Source of the DNA: Piromyces finnis finn
Lineage: Eukaryota > Fungi > Neocallimastigomycota
Assembly: GCA_002104945.1 (NCBI GenBank)
Contig: MCFH01000079.1
Location: 124,001-188,000 of the forward strand
Direction of reading: 5' to 3'
DNA length: 64,000 bases
The translations under genes were made by a program, and so were the position numbers. Shown piece after piece: positions 1-12,316 of this stretch. The notes under the pieces were generated by a model that saw only the letters and a list, made by a program, of their open reading frames with translations, had not been told where the DNA came from and made no database searches. How positions within the stretch are numbered: the stretch's first letter is position 1; every line of letters begins with the position of its first letter.

Positions 1-1995
1 AAGATTTTCGAAATGATCATGCCACACATCTAGTTGTTCTTCCGTAGCAACAACTAATTCTCCATTTTTATTTTTAATTGGTTGAGCAATAAAGAAAGAA
101 TCTTTTCCAATTTTTGCAGTTTTCTTGATCCATTTCCAGGCCTTCTTAGGATTATGACTCTTCATATACTCACATCCTGTTTTAATCCAATGAAGATATT
201 CTTGCTTCCTAAATTCATTACATCTTTTGTGGATGTAATCAATGAGTTTACGGTAGATTTTAATTCTTTTAATAAATTCATCTATATCATAAATTCTTTC
301 TTTTTTAAATCTCTTATACAACTTCATTTTGATTTTTTGAAGATTAAAAATTTGTTGTGAAATATGAAATGAAGACTTTATAACATTATTTGCTGAAGTA
401 ATACTGAGCTCGTCTGCAATTGAAAAAGCAGTTGAAGTAAACTCTTTGGAAAGTTCATCTGTAGAAACATTAGGATCGTTGGATTTTGCTGAAAGTATTT
501 GGAATTTATTATGACTGAGAATAGATTCCTTTTCCTCAATACATTTTAATCTATTCCATTTCAGAATTTTCTTAGGAACATTAAAGTCATTAGAAAAATC
601 TTCCATAGGAATAATTTTACCATTAATAAGAAGTGGCTTATGGTCTGATACAGGATAAAAATTATTTATAAATGATCCTGAGTGAATAAGATCTTTCATC
701 TTCGAATTGATAAGAGCATGGTCAATGTCGGAAGATTGATCACCTCGAGTCCAAGAGATAGTAGACCCTCTAAGCGGAAGAATTTCCCAATCTCCTAATC
801 CATTAGTTGATAACCAGTTGGATAATTTTACTTTAGACATATTAAAATCACCAACAAGAATCGATGGATGGGATGAATGAGTTTGTAACCACAAGCGAAC
901 TTCTAACTTTGCATGATCAACATAGATGTTGTGATGACTATGAGGCATATAAACATTTCCAATCGAGCATTTGAATCTATTCCAGAGACTAAAAGTATAA
1001 ATAGAAATAATATACTTTCCAGAGAAGTTTTCAAGTGAGGCTTGACATGAATTGTGAAAACCTAAATATAAACCTCTCATTCCCGGAACTGATTCGTCAG
1101 CTTTCTTGAAAAAGTGTCTATAGTTTCGCAAAGTAACACGACAAGGATAATCTGTATTCGATCCAGAACCATTACCAGTTTCTTGGAAACATAAAAATAA
1201 TGGTTTGAAAATAGCTGTGAAATAGCTAATACTATCTCTCTTTTCGTGATTCCACCCATTGGTGTTCCAACTAAGACAAAAAGAAAAGTTATCAGGCTTG
1301 TTGGATGAGGAAGAATCGTTGCTATTATTATTATTATTAAAGTCATCGTTATTAATGGATGATGCATCAGAGGAATAAGTAGAACTATTACTAGATGGCT
1401 GTGAAACTGAAGAACTATCAACTATTGAACTGTTATCAGAGTTGATAGAGCTATTAGAATTAATTGTTGAATGTTGAGATTGAAATTGTGTTTGCTGTAG
1501 ATCTGGAATATTTTCATGATTGGAAACTTGTTGAAGATCTTGTTGAAGATCTAGTTGAAGATCGGATTGTTGATGAGATTGTTGAACTGATTGTTGAAAT
1601 GATTGTTGAATAGAATGTTGATGTTTATTAGAAACTAAAATTTTACGTTTGAGAGTGGAAAAAGTGTATTTGTGATTCCTTCTACTACGAGCTGAAAAGG
1701 AAATTGAGGTAACTGAAAGTTTCTTCTTTAACATGTGTAAGATTTTAATACAATCTTTCGATGAACCATGAACCTTGACTAAGAAAAAGTGATCATTGAA
1801 AGTCTGAAAATATTTAACACTAATAACTGAATTAAATTTATCTTCTAGAATAACCTCGAGTTTTTCCCATAGCATATTTACTGACCATGATCGAATACCA
1901 CGGATAAAGAAGGAGCGAATATCATCTAAGGGGATACCATAAGACCGGGTACCACGTCTGATATAATTCTTATCTTTAATATAAAGGACTGACAT
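1..1995 (-). CDS. Retrotransposon polyprotein, partial (665 codons, no stop in window): RRM-like domain, Q/S/N linker, AP endonuclease, pre-RT linker
   Basis: Hand translation from ATG 1995 (MSVLYIKDKNY...) gives APE motifs LSWNTNG, CFQETG, GNVYMP, LVGDFN, SDIDH and VSDHKP, then KAWKWIKK and VWHDHFENL at the window edge, as is typical just before a LINE RT. Absent from the ORF track because it has no stop inside the window. Confidence 0.9.
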   Translation of the reverse strand, partial: MSVLYIKDKNYIRRGTRSYGIPLDDIRSFFIRGIRSWSVNMLWEKLEVILEDKFNSVISVKYFQTFNDHFFLVKVHGSSKDCIKILHMLKKKLSVTSISFSARSRRNHKYTFSTLKRKILVSNKHQHSIQQSFQQSVQQSHQQSDLQLDLQQDLQQVSNHENIPDLQQTQFQSQHSTINSNSSINSDNSSIVDSSSVSQPSSNSSTYSSDASSINNDDFNNNNNSNDSSSSNKPDNFSFCLSWNTNGWNHEKRDSISYFTAIFKPLFLCFQETGNGSGSNTDYPCRVTLRNYRHFFKKADESVPGMRGLYLGFHNSCQASLENFSGKYIISIYTFSLWNRFKCSIGNVYMPHSHHNIYVDHAKLEVRLWLQTHSSHPSILVGDFNMSKVKLSNWLSTNGLGDWEILPLRGSTISWTRGDQSSDIDHALINSKMKDLIHSGSFINNFYPVSDHKPLLINGKIIPMEDFSNDFNVPKKILKWNRLKCIEEKESILSHNKFQILSAKSNDPNVSTDELSKEFTSTAFSIADELSITSANNVIKSSFHISQQIFNLQKIKMKLYKRFKKERIYDIDEFIKRIKIYRKLIDYIHKRCNEFRKQEYLHWIKTGCEYMKSHNPKKAWKWIKKTAKIGKDSFFIAQPIKNKNGELVVATEEQLDVWHDHFENL

Positions 1996-2645
1996 GATAA
2001 TAAATTCTAATTAAAAAATATTGAATATAAAATAAATACTAATAAAAATTACAAATATAACGTATATGGAAAAAAATCTGTCTCTCTCTCTCTTCTTAAA
2101 AGTACTGGATAGAACAAAAATTGTTACGATGCTTTGTTTAAAGTTTCTTTTTTTTTTTTTGAATTCTAGTTGTAAATTTTCTTTAAAAATTCTAGTTTTG
2201 GTTTGTTGTTAGTAAATTCGATTCGCTTTTTGACACTAAAATTGTTTGACTTTACTTTTCATTAAATATTTAAATTGGTAAAAAATTTGAATCAAGAATG
2301 TCGACACCAGAAAGCTTGTGAATAGTATTTTTACATGATGTAGAGTGAATCAGTCTCTTACAAGAAACAATACAACAATAGCTACATGAATATAAAAATA
2401 CAATGCAAATGCTAAAGTTGACTACATTGGATTCTTACAAGAGAAGAGTAGTACTACATGAATACATGAATAAAAGAAAAAAATACAGCAACAAAATGTA
2501 TTACTCTTCTAATTAAATACTATACAAACTTACCTGAATATCAAACATTCAACTTATTCATCAAATACTTAAATTCGATGAATAAAATGTTTTTTAATCG
2601 CTCAGTACCATGAGCTTAGTCCTAATAATTTTCCCTTAAAGACTA

Positions 2646-2891
2646 ACCAAGCATCCATTGCGCAATGCTTGGATTTAATTCTTTCTACTCTCTCAGTACC
2701 ATGAGCATGAGTAGACCCCCTTGATAAACTCCATTAATAAATAAATGAAGGCACGTTCCTAAGAGGGCACCAAGCATCCATTGCGCAATACTTGGATTTA
2801 ATTCTTTCTACTCTCTCAGTACCATGAGCATGAGTAGACCCCCTTGAGAAACTACATTTATTAAATAAATGAAGGCACGTTCCCAAGAGGG
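2646..2891. repeat. Two tandem 123-bp copies in the retrotransposon leader, with a partial third motif at 2600-2615
   Basis: ACCAAGCATCCATTGCGCAAT starts at 2646 and 2769; CTCAGTACCATGAG occurs at 2601, 2692 and 2815. Confidence 0.95.
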
Positions 2892-3137
2892 TGCTTTCTA
2901 TGGAAAGGAAGGAGGATGTCGTTTATGGTGCTTTTTTTTTTTTTTTTTTGTTTTTGTTTTTGTTTTGTTTTATTGAAATTTTGTGTCCATTTAGTTCTAT
3001 TAGTTTGTATGTATGTTGTAGTGGCTAATGTATTCCCTTAATTTTTAAGATATTTAAATTCGTTTGTTTCATCATTTGTTTTTTCGTTTCATTTTTTTTT
3101 TTTTTTAAAATAAAAAAATAATGAAATGGAAAAAGTA

Positions 3138-3172
<35 letters not shown>

Positions 3173-3864
3173 CAGAATAAACCATGTTTAATTTAATTTT
3201 ATTTTATATTTTTTTTTTTCTAAAATCATTTGAATAGATAAAAAATATTATGTTTTTTTAATTTTTATAGATAAAAATGAATATATTCTTTTTTTTTTTT
3301 TTTTCAATTAAAAAAAAGATATTTAACTTTATTCTAAATTATATTCATTTAAAAATATAAAAAATTTTATAATTGATAGCTATAAAAGATTCTTTATATA
3401 TAATGTTTTATGTTGAACCTTTTTTTTTTTCAATAAAAAAAAAAACTTTAAAAAATTATTTTATTCAAACATACAACATATATATAAATGATAATGTGTA
3501 AAAAAAAAATAAAATATATAGTTTATATATTGGAAATGTGTAATATTTTGATATTTATAGGTTAAAAAAATATTAGCTATAATATTTTTTTAAAAGAAAA
3601 AACAATAAATGAAATGATCAAGAAAAAAAAAAACAATCTTTTCTCGATTATTTTTTTTCTTCATTTTTTTTATAAAAAATTCTTATATTATAATATAGAA
3701 AAATGAATGTTTTACTTGACAAAATTTTAAAAAAGAAAAAAATTGATCTCTGCTTTTTTATATATAGAAACTAATAATTTGATGAAAATTAATGATATTG
3801 ATTTTATAGAAAGGTATGAAAAAATTGGTATAACGCAAATAGACTTTGAAATTGTTGTTTAAAT

Positions 3865-6800
3865 TTAACGTTTATCCATAGATAAACTACCCATAACTTC
3901 ATCTAAGAAGGATGGTCCAATATCACATTGTATCATACTTGGTTTAGTGTAACGACTTGTAATATCATCTAAAGATAAGTTATGGATATCATCAAACATT
4001 TGCATTAAATTAGAATCTAATAAAGTTGATTTTCTTTTGTCAGCTTCTGTCATTTCTTTATCATCTATAAGGAAAGAATTGTCGAGATTTAATTCAATCA
4101 TTCTTTGTTTTGGAGAAGATTTAACTTCTTCCTTGGCAACATCAATTGGTAAACTACCAACAGATCTTGAAGCAAAATCGTTTTTATATAAATTATTTTT
4201 GGCTTCAAGTGTTGGCTTTTCATCAAATTTATAAAGAATAGTGCTTCTTGGAGTGCCAACAGTATTGTCACTACCATATGGATTAACAGTTGTAATAACA
4301 GCCTTTGGTTTTGAATATGACTTTTTCTTTTCAGCTTCTACATCAACAAAACTGTATGGACTTATCATGTTAGATGGTATTTCTGAATATGAAGATGGTA
4401 AGGTATTGGTATTAAGAGAAGTACGATCTACAGAAGATGAGAGCATACGTTGGACCATCATAAGTGAAACAAAGTCATCATTTTCAATATTGGCATAATT
4501 TTTATTTAAATTTGATTCATAGTTTTGACTTTGCTTTTGATTATTAATTGTTATTGGTGCTGTATGAGAAACAGAGGAAGCTTCAATAGTTGAAGCATTT
4601 TGCTTTTTATTAATAAGATTACCTAAAACTTCTTCATCCGAAGATGAAGATGAAGCTGAGGATGCTGAGGAAGATAAAGATGAGGATGAGGAACTGACGG
4701 AACTTTGACTACTAACACTGTAAATTGATGACTTGTCATCATCTTCAGATTCTTTCTTTGTATCTTTTTGTTTATCTGATTCAACACGTTCAAGAGCTTC
4801 TTCTGGAATAACAAATTTTGGTTGTTGAGTTTGTACATCTGCAATAACCTTATTCATATTATCGCCTGTGGATGGTTTGACGATTGTTAAAACCTTTTGT
4901 TGAGAATTACCATCCTTTGATGATTCTTGAACAATTTCGGTTTTGGTAGTTCCAGTTTTGGTAGTATCGTTAGTTGGAACATCAGTGTTTTTGACTTCAT
5001 TCTTTATTGGAACATCTGAAACAGTGGTATTTGGAGTTGAATCACTATGTTCAGACTTTTCATTTTTCTTATTATTTATTTTTGAACTAAGAGAAGCGCT
5101 ACTGGCACGACGCTTAGTTGCGGAAAATGGTGAAACCAAGCGTTTAAATGAGAATGGTGAGTTAGAATCATTACTCTTTATTGATCCTCTCTTTTCCTTA
5201 AGACCAGTGTTAACAGATAAATTATTTATTGGGAATTCTGGAATTGTTTCTTCCTCTATCTTTTTAATAGTTTTCTTTTCCTTCTTTTCTTTTTTGTCTT
5301 TCTTATCTTTTTTATTGAAACCAAAGAAACTCTTAATACTCTTTGGTCTATTACTCTTTTTGGAATTACTTATAAAAGTATCAATACTAGTGTCACTTGA
5401 AGCGTAACCAGGAACAACGCTTGGAGTTTCATTACCAATTATTTCAGTTTCTGTATCATTTTCTTTAGAAGAAATATTGCTTTCAGTAACTATTTCTTCC
5501 TTTTTCTTTTCAGATTTTTGCTTATTTTCCTTTTTATGGTCTTTATTTCCTTTTAAATGATCTTTAAGATTTTGCATACTATTTGACATTGTACGTTGAT
5601 GTTTCTTAATTGAACTTGAAATTTGATTTTTTAATTCTTCCATTTTTCCTTTTCCATTGTCACTCTTAATATCTTCTTCTTCAATTTCTTCTGTACTTGT
5701 AGAGATAATTGAAGCTGGTTTTTCTTCCTTTACTTCAACTGGAACAACTGAAACTTCTGGTTTTTCTTCTTTTACTTCAACTGGAGCAACTGAAACTTCT
5801 AGTTTTTCTTCTTTTACTTCAACTGGAGCAACTGGGACTTCTGGTTTTTCTTCCTTTTCTTCAACTGGAGCAACTGAAACTTCTGGTTTTTCTTCCTTTT
5901 CTTCAACTGGAGCAACTGGAACTTCTGGTTTTTCTTCCTTTTCTTCAACTGGAGCAACTGGAACTTCTGGTTTTTCTTCCTTTTCTTTAACTGGAGCAAC
6001 TGGAACTTCTGGAATTTCTTCTTTTACTTCAACTGGAACAGCTGGAACTTCTGGAATTTCTTCCTTAACTATCTCATTCTTTATTTCTTCATTTGTCTCA
6101 TTTATGGTTTCTTGAAGATTTCCAATTGTGGCTTCAAGTTCCCTTTTCTTTTGTTCATACTGCTTTTTAATATTAATTAATTTTTCATCATCATCACTAT
6201 CACTATCGCTTACTGGTTCATCTTGATTGACAACAGTAAGTGTCATTTTTTGAATTTCTGGTTGAACATCATTTTCATTTAATGAATTTTCATTGTCGGA
6301 AAGATTATTATTCTTGAAATAGGTAGAAGGTGTTTTTGGCATTGGAATGTTACCGAGTGGAACTTCATTCTTTAATGCTTCTTCATGTTCAAGTCTTTCT
6401 TTATCATCTAATTGTTGTTTAAATTGAATTTCTTCATCAGCAGTAAAGATCTTTGGAGAACTAACCATACCTTTTTTACTGTCATGACTTATATCACTTC
6501 TGCTATCATCCATAACTTTATTATCTTCAATAGCACTTGGTGGTAATGGTAATGGAATTTCTAAATAACCTTGTTGGCTTTCTTGTTTTTTATTAGCAGA
6601 AGAAAGTGCTAATAAATTTGGTACAGGTGGGGAATTATCCAATGGCATATTTTCAAAACCATTATTTACTGGTACTGGCATTGCAATTGGCATATTGGTT
6701 TCATCAGTTATCTTGAAATTAAAACCAGCTTCATCTTGTTCTGAGGTTTTAATAGCTTCAGATTGGATATTGATGTTGCCTGAATCTGTGTTATTGAAAT

Positions 6801-8147
6801 TAAAACCAGCTTCGACTGGTTTTGGTTGTGTTGAAACATTAATATTGAATCCTGGTTCAACCGATGGTATTATTGGTAATGGATGTTCAAATTTTGGAAC
6901 ATTTTCTTCAGCCATTAATTTTGGAGATGAAACAATATGTTCAGTGATTTCACCTTTTGGTGGTTCTGCTTCAATACCAACTACTACCGGAATAGATGGC
7001 ATTGGGATTGAAGATGGTTGATCTTCAACAATTTCTGGTTTTGGAATATTATTTAATTCAGAATCAACTATATTTGGTACGTTATCAGAAGGTTTTGGAA
7101 GATTCATTGGCATTTCAACTATACCATCAGCATTGGATGGAATTTCAGTTGTAGTTGAGGTCATTTTTTCTGGAATATTTATTGGTTCCATTTTTGAGCC
7201 AACAGCAACAGGCATCTTAAAAGATGGTTGTTGAGTAATACCAATGGATGAATCTTGTGGTTTTGCTCTTCTTGTAATTGTTTGTGTTGTAATTCTTTTC
7301 TTACCATTAATAATTTCTTCAGTGACAATTTCTTCAACTATGTAATTAGCTTTATTATCTGATACTTCAGTTTGTACTGGAATAGATACAGATCCTGTAG
7401 CGTCATTATCTTTTGACTCATTTGGTAATGGCATCTTAATATTTTCTTCTATTATTTTAAAATTTCAAAAACAATTTTATCAAATTAGGATATTTTATAG
7501 GTTATGATGAAAATTGAAAATGAATTAATAATAATAATAATATAATATTTTAAAAAAATTATAAATTAATACTATGTAAACAATCTTTTATGGATTAAGA
7601 TTTAATTTTTATTTCTACCTTTAATAGAGTTTATTACATCATCCTTTTTGTTAGAGTTAACTACTCCATTATTAGCAGTATAGTAAGATACTTTTGATTC
7701 AACTGATTCTTGACGATTAGCTTTTAAATTTGGAGCTTTAAGAACAGCAGCAGTTTTTATCTTAGAAATTTGAGAGAGTGGAACGTCGTCATCTGAATCA
7801 CTAGATTCGACATCAATAATTTCAGTAACTTCTTCAGCCTTTTCTTTTCCCTTATTTTGTGGTCTTTTCTTTAAGTAAGAATCAGTTTCAGTAATTTCAG
7901 AAGAAAGTGGTGATTCAGTTTTAGTATTGGTAAAACGACTTACATTAGTATTAATTGTATCAACATCTGAGTGCTTCTTTTTTAAATATTTTCTAGAATC
8001 AAAAGACAATGTTCCATTATCAATGTTATCTAAATCATGTTTATCTGAAACAGTGTGCTTTGTTTTAGTTGATTTATAACATGGGGATAAAATACCCTTT
8101 CTCAACTTTTTAGCAATACCACTCTTTTTACCTTTTAACTCAGACAT
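3865..8147 (-). CDS. Large low-complexity protein (1370 aa; exons 8147-7619 and 7448-3865) with PEVK-like repeats and a C-terminal BD3-like motif
   Basis: The GT-AG intron 7618-7449 joins track ORFs 7602-8147 and 3865-7434 in frame (...NSIK-EENIK-MPLP...); the total of 4113 nt is divisible by 3. No globular domain recognised. Confidence 0.8.
5728..6063 (-). repeat. Eight coding 42-bp repeats (EEKPEVPVAPVEEK)
   Basis: Visible in the translation and as repeated TCAACTGGAGCAACTG blocks on +. Confidence 0.95.
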
Positions 8148-10331
8148 ACTGTAAAAGCTATATTAATAAAAAAAAACTTTAAAATTATCATAAAAAAAAA
8201 TTAATTTCTATAATATTTATTTCATTATACAACTATATATATTAAATATTTACTATATTTCTACTGGTAATATACTTTTAATAAATAAAGATTTTAAATA
8301 ATTTATGTTTTTTTTTTAATAAATTAATAGTTATTTTTATTTAAATTTCAGTTTTAGTAATTTATTCTTTTTACTTTTGAATTTTTTAATAATTTCAATT
8401 AGGTATTATTTAATTGAAAATATTTAATATTAAGATTTTACTTTTAAGATTTTATTATTAAAATATAGTTAATATTATATAATATTTATATTTATATTTG
8501 TTTAATTTTAACTAATTTTAATAATATTTTAACAATTTTTAACTAATAAAATAGTTTATGTCGTATATTTTATAATTTACAAAGAAATATATATATATTA
8601 AATTATTGTAAATATTTTACAATTTATATATGTAATTTTTATTTTTGTCTATTATTGAAATAATAATAATATTATTAATTTTAATTATAAAAATTGCTTA
8701 AATACTATTGTTATTATTATTATTTATTGAAAAAATTTTCTATTTCTTCTTATTTTATAATACTTTTTAAGTTATTATATTTTGATATTTTGATACTTTT
8801 AATATTTTCGATTATTTTATTTTTATTTATATATTGTTTGATTTTTTTATATATATAACATTATTAATTATAAATTTATTAGGATATTATTTATTCAAAT
8901 AGATAGTTTATAATTTTTATGATTTTTTTTACTTGATTAATTTGTTGTAAAATTAATGATAGGTAATGATAGGATATTAATGATGTTTAAACTTTTAAAC
9001 TATATATTATATTAAATTTAGCTGAAAAAAATAAATAAATTAAAAATTTATAAATAATAACTTTTAAACTAAAACTAAGTTTTAAAATATATATATATAA
9101 AATTGAGAAATCTTATTATTAACAGATTTTATCTTTTTTTTTTTTATTTTATATTTATTTTTTTTTTATAAATAGATAATAATAATAATTATTTATGAAA
9201 GATTTGTAAAGATTGATTTTAATTTAGATTTATATTTATGTGTTTTATATTTTTTAAATGGTAAACAATTATTATTAATTGAATTTTTTTTATGTTTAGT
9301 TTTTGTTTTATTTGTATTCGTTTAATTATAACATAACATTATAATATTTTTTATGTTTATGTTTGTTTATATTATTATTATTATCTTTTTTAATAAAAAA
9401 AAATAAAATTTTAAAAAGAATAAATTAGGATTTTTTTAAAGAATAAAGTCAAGTTGTTAATTTTAGTTTTTTTTTTTTTTTTTTTTTTTTTTACTCTATA
9501 TGATGATTTCCATAATTATTTGAATATATTCATAATATTAAAGATTTAATATATTTAATTAATAGAATATATATTAAATTTATATTTTCAATATATTAAA
9601 ATGTAAATAGTTTGTCAAGAGTTAAACTTTATTATATATAATAAATCGTAAAGTTTTACACAATATATAATATTATTAATAGACAGTACAAAAAAAAAAA
9701 AAAGTTATTGGCCGTAGTTTAATAAAAAGCGATAAGAAAAGAAACTTTATTTTGTAGTCACTCTACCTACCTTCCCACCTTCCCATACCACCAATATCAC
9801 AGAAAAGTATATAAAGAGAGTTTAAAATAACGAAATAATGATTAATAAATAAGTAAATTAATATTTTAATTTTTTAATAATTCATTTCAATTTTATATTT
9901 TATGAAAATGTTTCAATACTAATTGATGAAAAAAAGCAATATAAAAACCCAACAATCAATCGACACATTTATTATAGGTTTTAATAATAAATTAATAACA
10001 GTTTATAATTAATTTTTTCCCATTTTGTTAAAACAAATCTATAAAGAGGTTTTTCAAAGTTTTAAAAATGCAGGTAAAAGAATATTAATAATTAATCAAA
10101 ACAACCAAAAAAAAACAATTCTACTTACAAACTATGAAATTAATAAGTTATTAATAAAAACACAATACTTTGATATTCTACTCATTGAAAATAAAAATTC
10201 AAAGAACAAAATATCAGTTTTTCAATTTACTATTTCTATTCAACGAAGCTCTTTCTATATTTCAAAATTTTAGTAATAGTTAAAGTAACAACATCAATTA
10301 TAATTATTTTCAATACTATAAAAAAATTAGA

Positions 10332-10790
<459 letters not shown>

Positions 10791-12316
10791 TTTTGAAGAC
10801 AAATTTATAATGAAATTTAATATATTTGTTTGTATTGTAATATTATAATATATTAAATTATTAACAAATTCAAAAAAACGTTTTTTTATATGTAACAATA
10901 AACTCTATTAATTAATGTTTTTAATATCTCAAAAAAAAATGTTTATATTGTCAAATAAATTAATAATATATAAATTAAAACTTAATTACTATTTTTTAGT
11001 ATTAAACATGACTATTCATCAATAGAATATAAGTATTATTATATTATATTAGGTTGATAATAATAATTTATTTTATAATATATTATAATATATAATCTAA
11101 TTATATTTATTTTATTAATGGTGGTGTAATTATTGTTTTAATTCATTTATAATCAATACATTACATAAATATTAATGTAATATATATGTGGCTATTTGTG
11201 GCTCGATAATGCTTAATTATAAAAAGATGGTCCATGAATAGACTAGAATTATTATGTTTTTAAAATACGAGAAAAAATTTTATGTTATATTTTTAACTAC
11301 CATCCAAATTACCATTTAAACAATAAAATGAATATTTATCTAATTCTTTATTTCTTTATTTTCTATATATAGTTGTTATTATCTTTAATTATAATGTATT
11401 ATTAATAATTAAAAAGTGGATAAAAATTGATATATAAAAAATTAATTTGCAAATGATAGATTCCGTAAATGGAAGTCAAAAAAATTAAAAAAAAAATTGT
11501 CTATATAAGGAAATATCTTAAAATTCTAAATTAAAAATTTTTTATAAAAAACTGGTAATTTCAAATGCATTTTAAATAGATTAGGAGAAGGAGGAAGGAT
11601 CGCTGCACTGAGGTAAGGAGGATTGTTTTAGCTATTATCATTTAATAATTACATTGCTTTAAATGATAATAATTAGTTTATCATATTGAATGATAATAAA
11701 ACAAGCATTTTTTCTTAAATATAACATACATTAATAATTTAAATTTTCGGGATATATAAAAATTTAATTAATAAAAATTATTAAAAAAATAATTATTAAA
11801 TTTAAATTATTATTATTATTTTATTTCCATTCATTTGATATAGCTCAATATGAGTATATCGTTAAAGTGTAAAGTTTTTATTTTATAAGTTAATTTTTTA
11901 ATATATGTTTTTTATCCATTTAAAAAAGTAATAAATCATTAATATGGTAATTTTATAGGAAAATAAAAATGTATTCATCCCATTAACAATAAAAATATTA
12001 ATTTCACTAGAAACTTCAAATTAATTAGATATAGTATTGAAAAAAAAAAAAATAAAAAACACTTTATTAATATACAATATATTTCATACTACTATAAATA
12101 CTATTTATATATTTATACATAAAAAAAAAAAAGAAAATAATAATAAACCCAACAGTTAAAGAATTTATATGACACATTATTTTATTTTTTACTCATAATT
12201 ATATAGCGTTTAACATGTAATATTAATAAACTTTTTTTTTATGTATACATATTATAAAGGCAAGCTATTTAAAGGAAAATAATATTATAAAGGTAAATTT
12301 AAAGAAAATTTTTGTA

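Larger units (their letters stand above)
1..2931 (-). mobile_element. Non-LTR (LINE-type) retrotransposon, 5' portion; RT domain expected left of the window
   Basis: Uninterrupted minus-strand frame 1995 to 1 with an APE endonuclease, preceded by an approximately 930-nt leader (1996-2931) that stops abruptly at a T-rich tract (2932 onward on +). The 5' boundary is inferred. Confidence 0.85.

Noticed and set aside
82-1421. Track ORFs 82-360 (+) and 1077-1421 (-)
   Set aside because: These are the antisense and off-frame shadows of the retrotransposon ORF, which carries all the APE motifs.
2680-2860. Hammerhead, HDV, twister, twister-sister or hairpin ribozyme assignment for the leader repeats
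   Set aside because: CUGAGAG is not CUGANGA, there is no HDV L3/P1.1 pseudoknot fit, and the GCUCAUGG and GAGAAAC similarities lack the required partner strands. The array is kept only as an unclassified structured RNA.
4037-7021. Plus-strand ORFs and short minus-strand alternates overlapping the 1370-aa gene
   Set aside because: They arise from stop-poor antisense or alternate frames of repetitive coding sequence.
7602-8147. Separate 181-aa gene
   Set aside because: It splices in frame to the downstream ORF, so it is better read as exon 1.
11180-11620. GC islands including a possible 33-nt exon 11580-11612 (TAG...AG|GTAAG)
   Set aside because: They could not be joined into a convincing ORF and the neighbouring frames contain stops. 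A pseudogene or an upstream exon of the hydrolase remains possible but unsupported.
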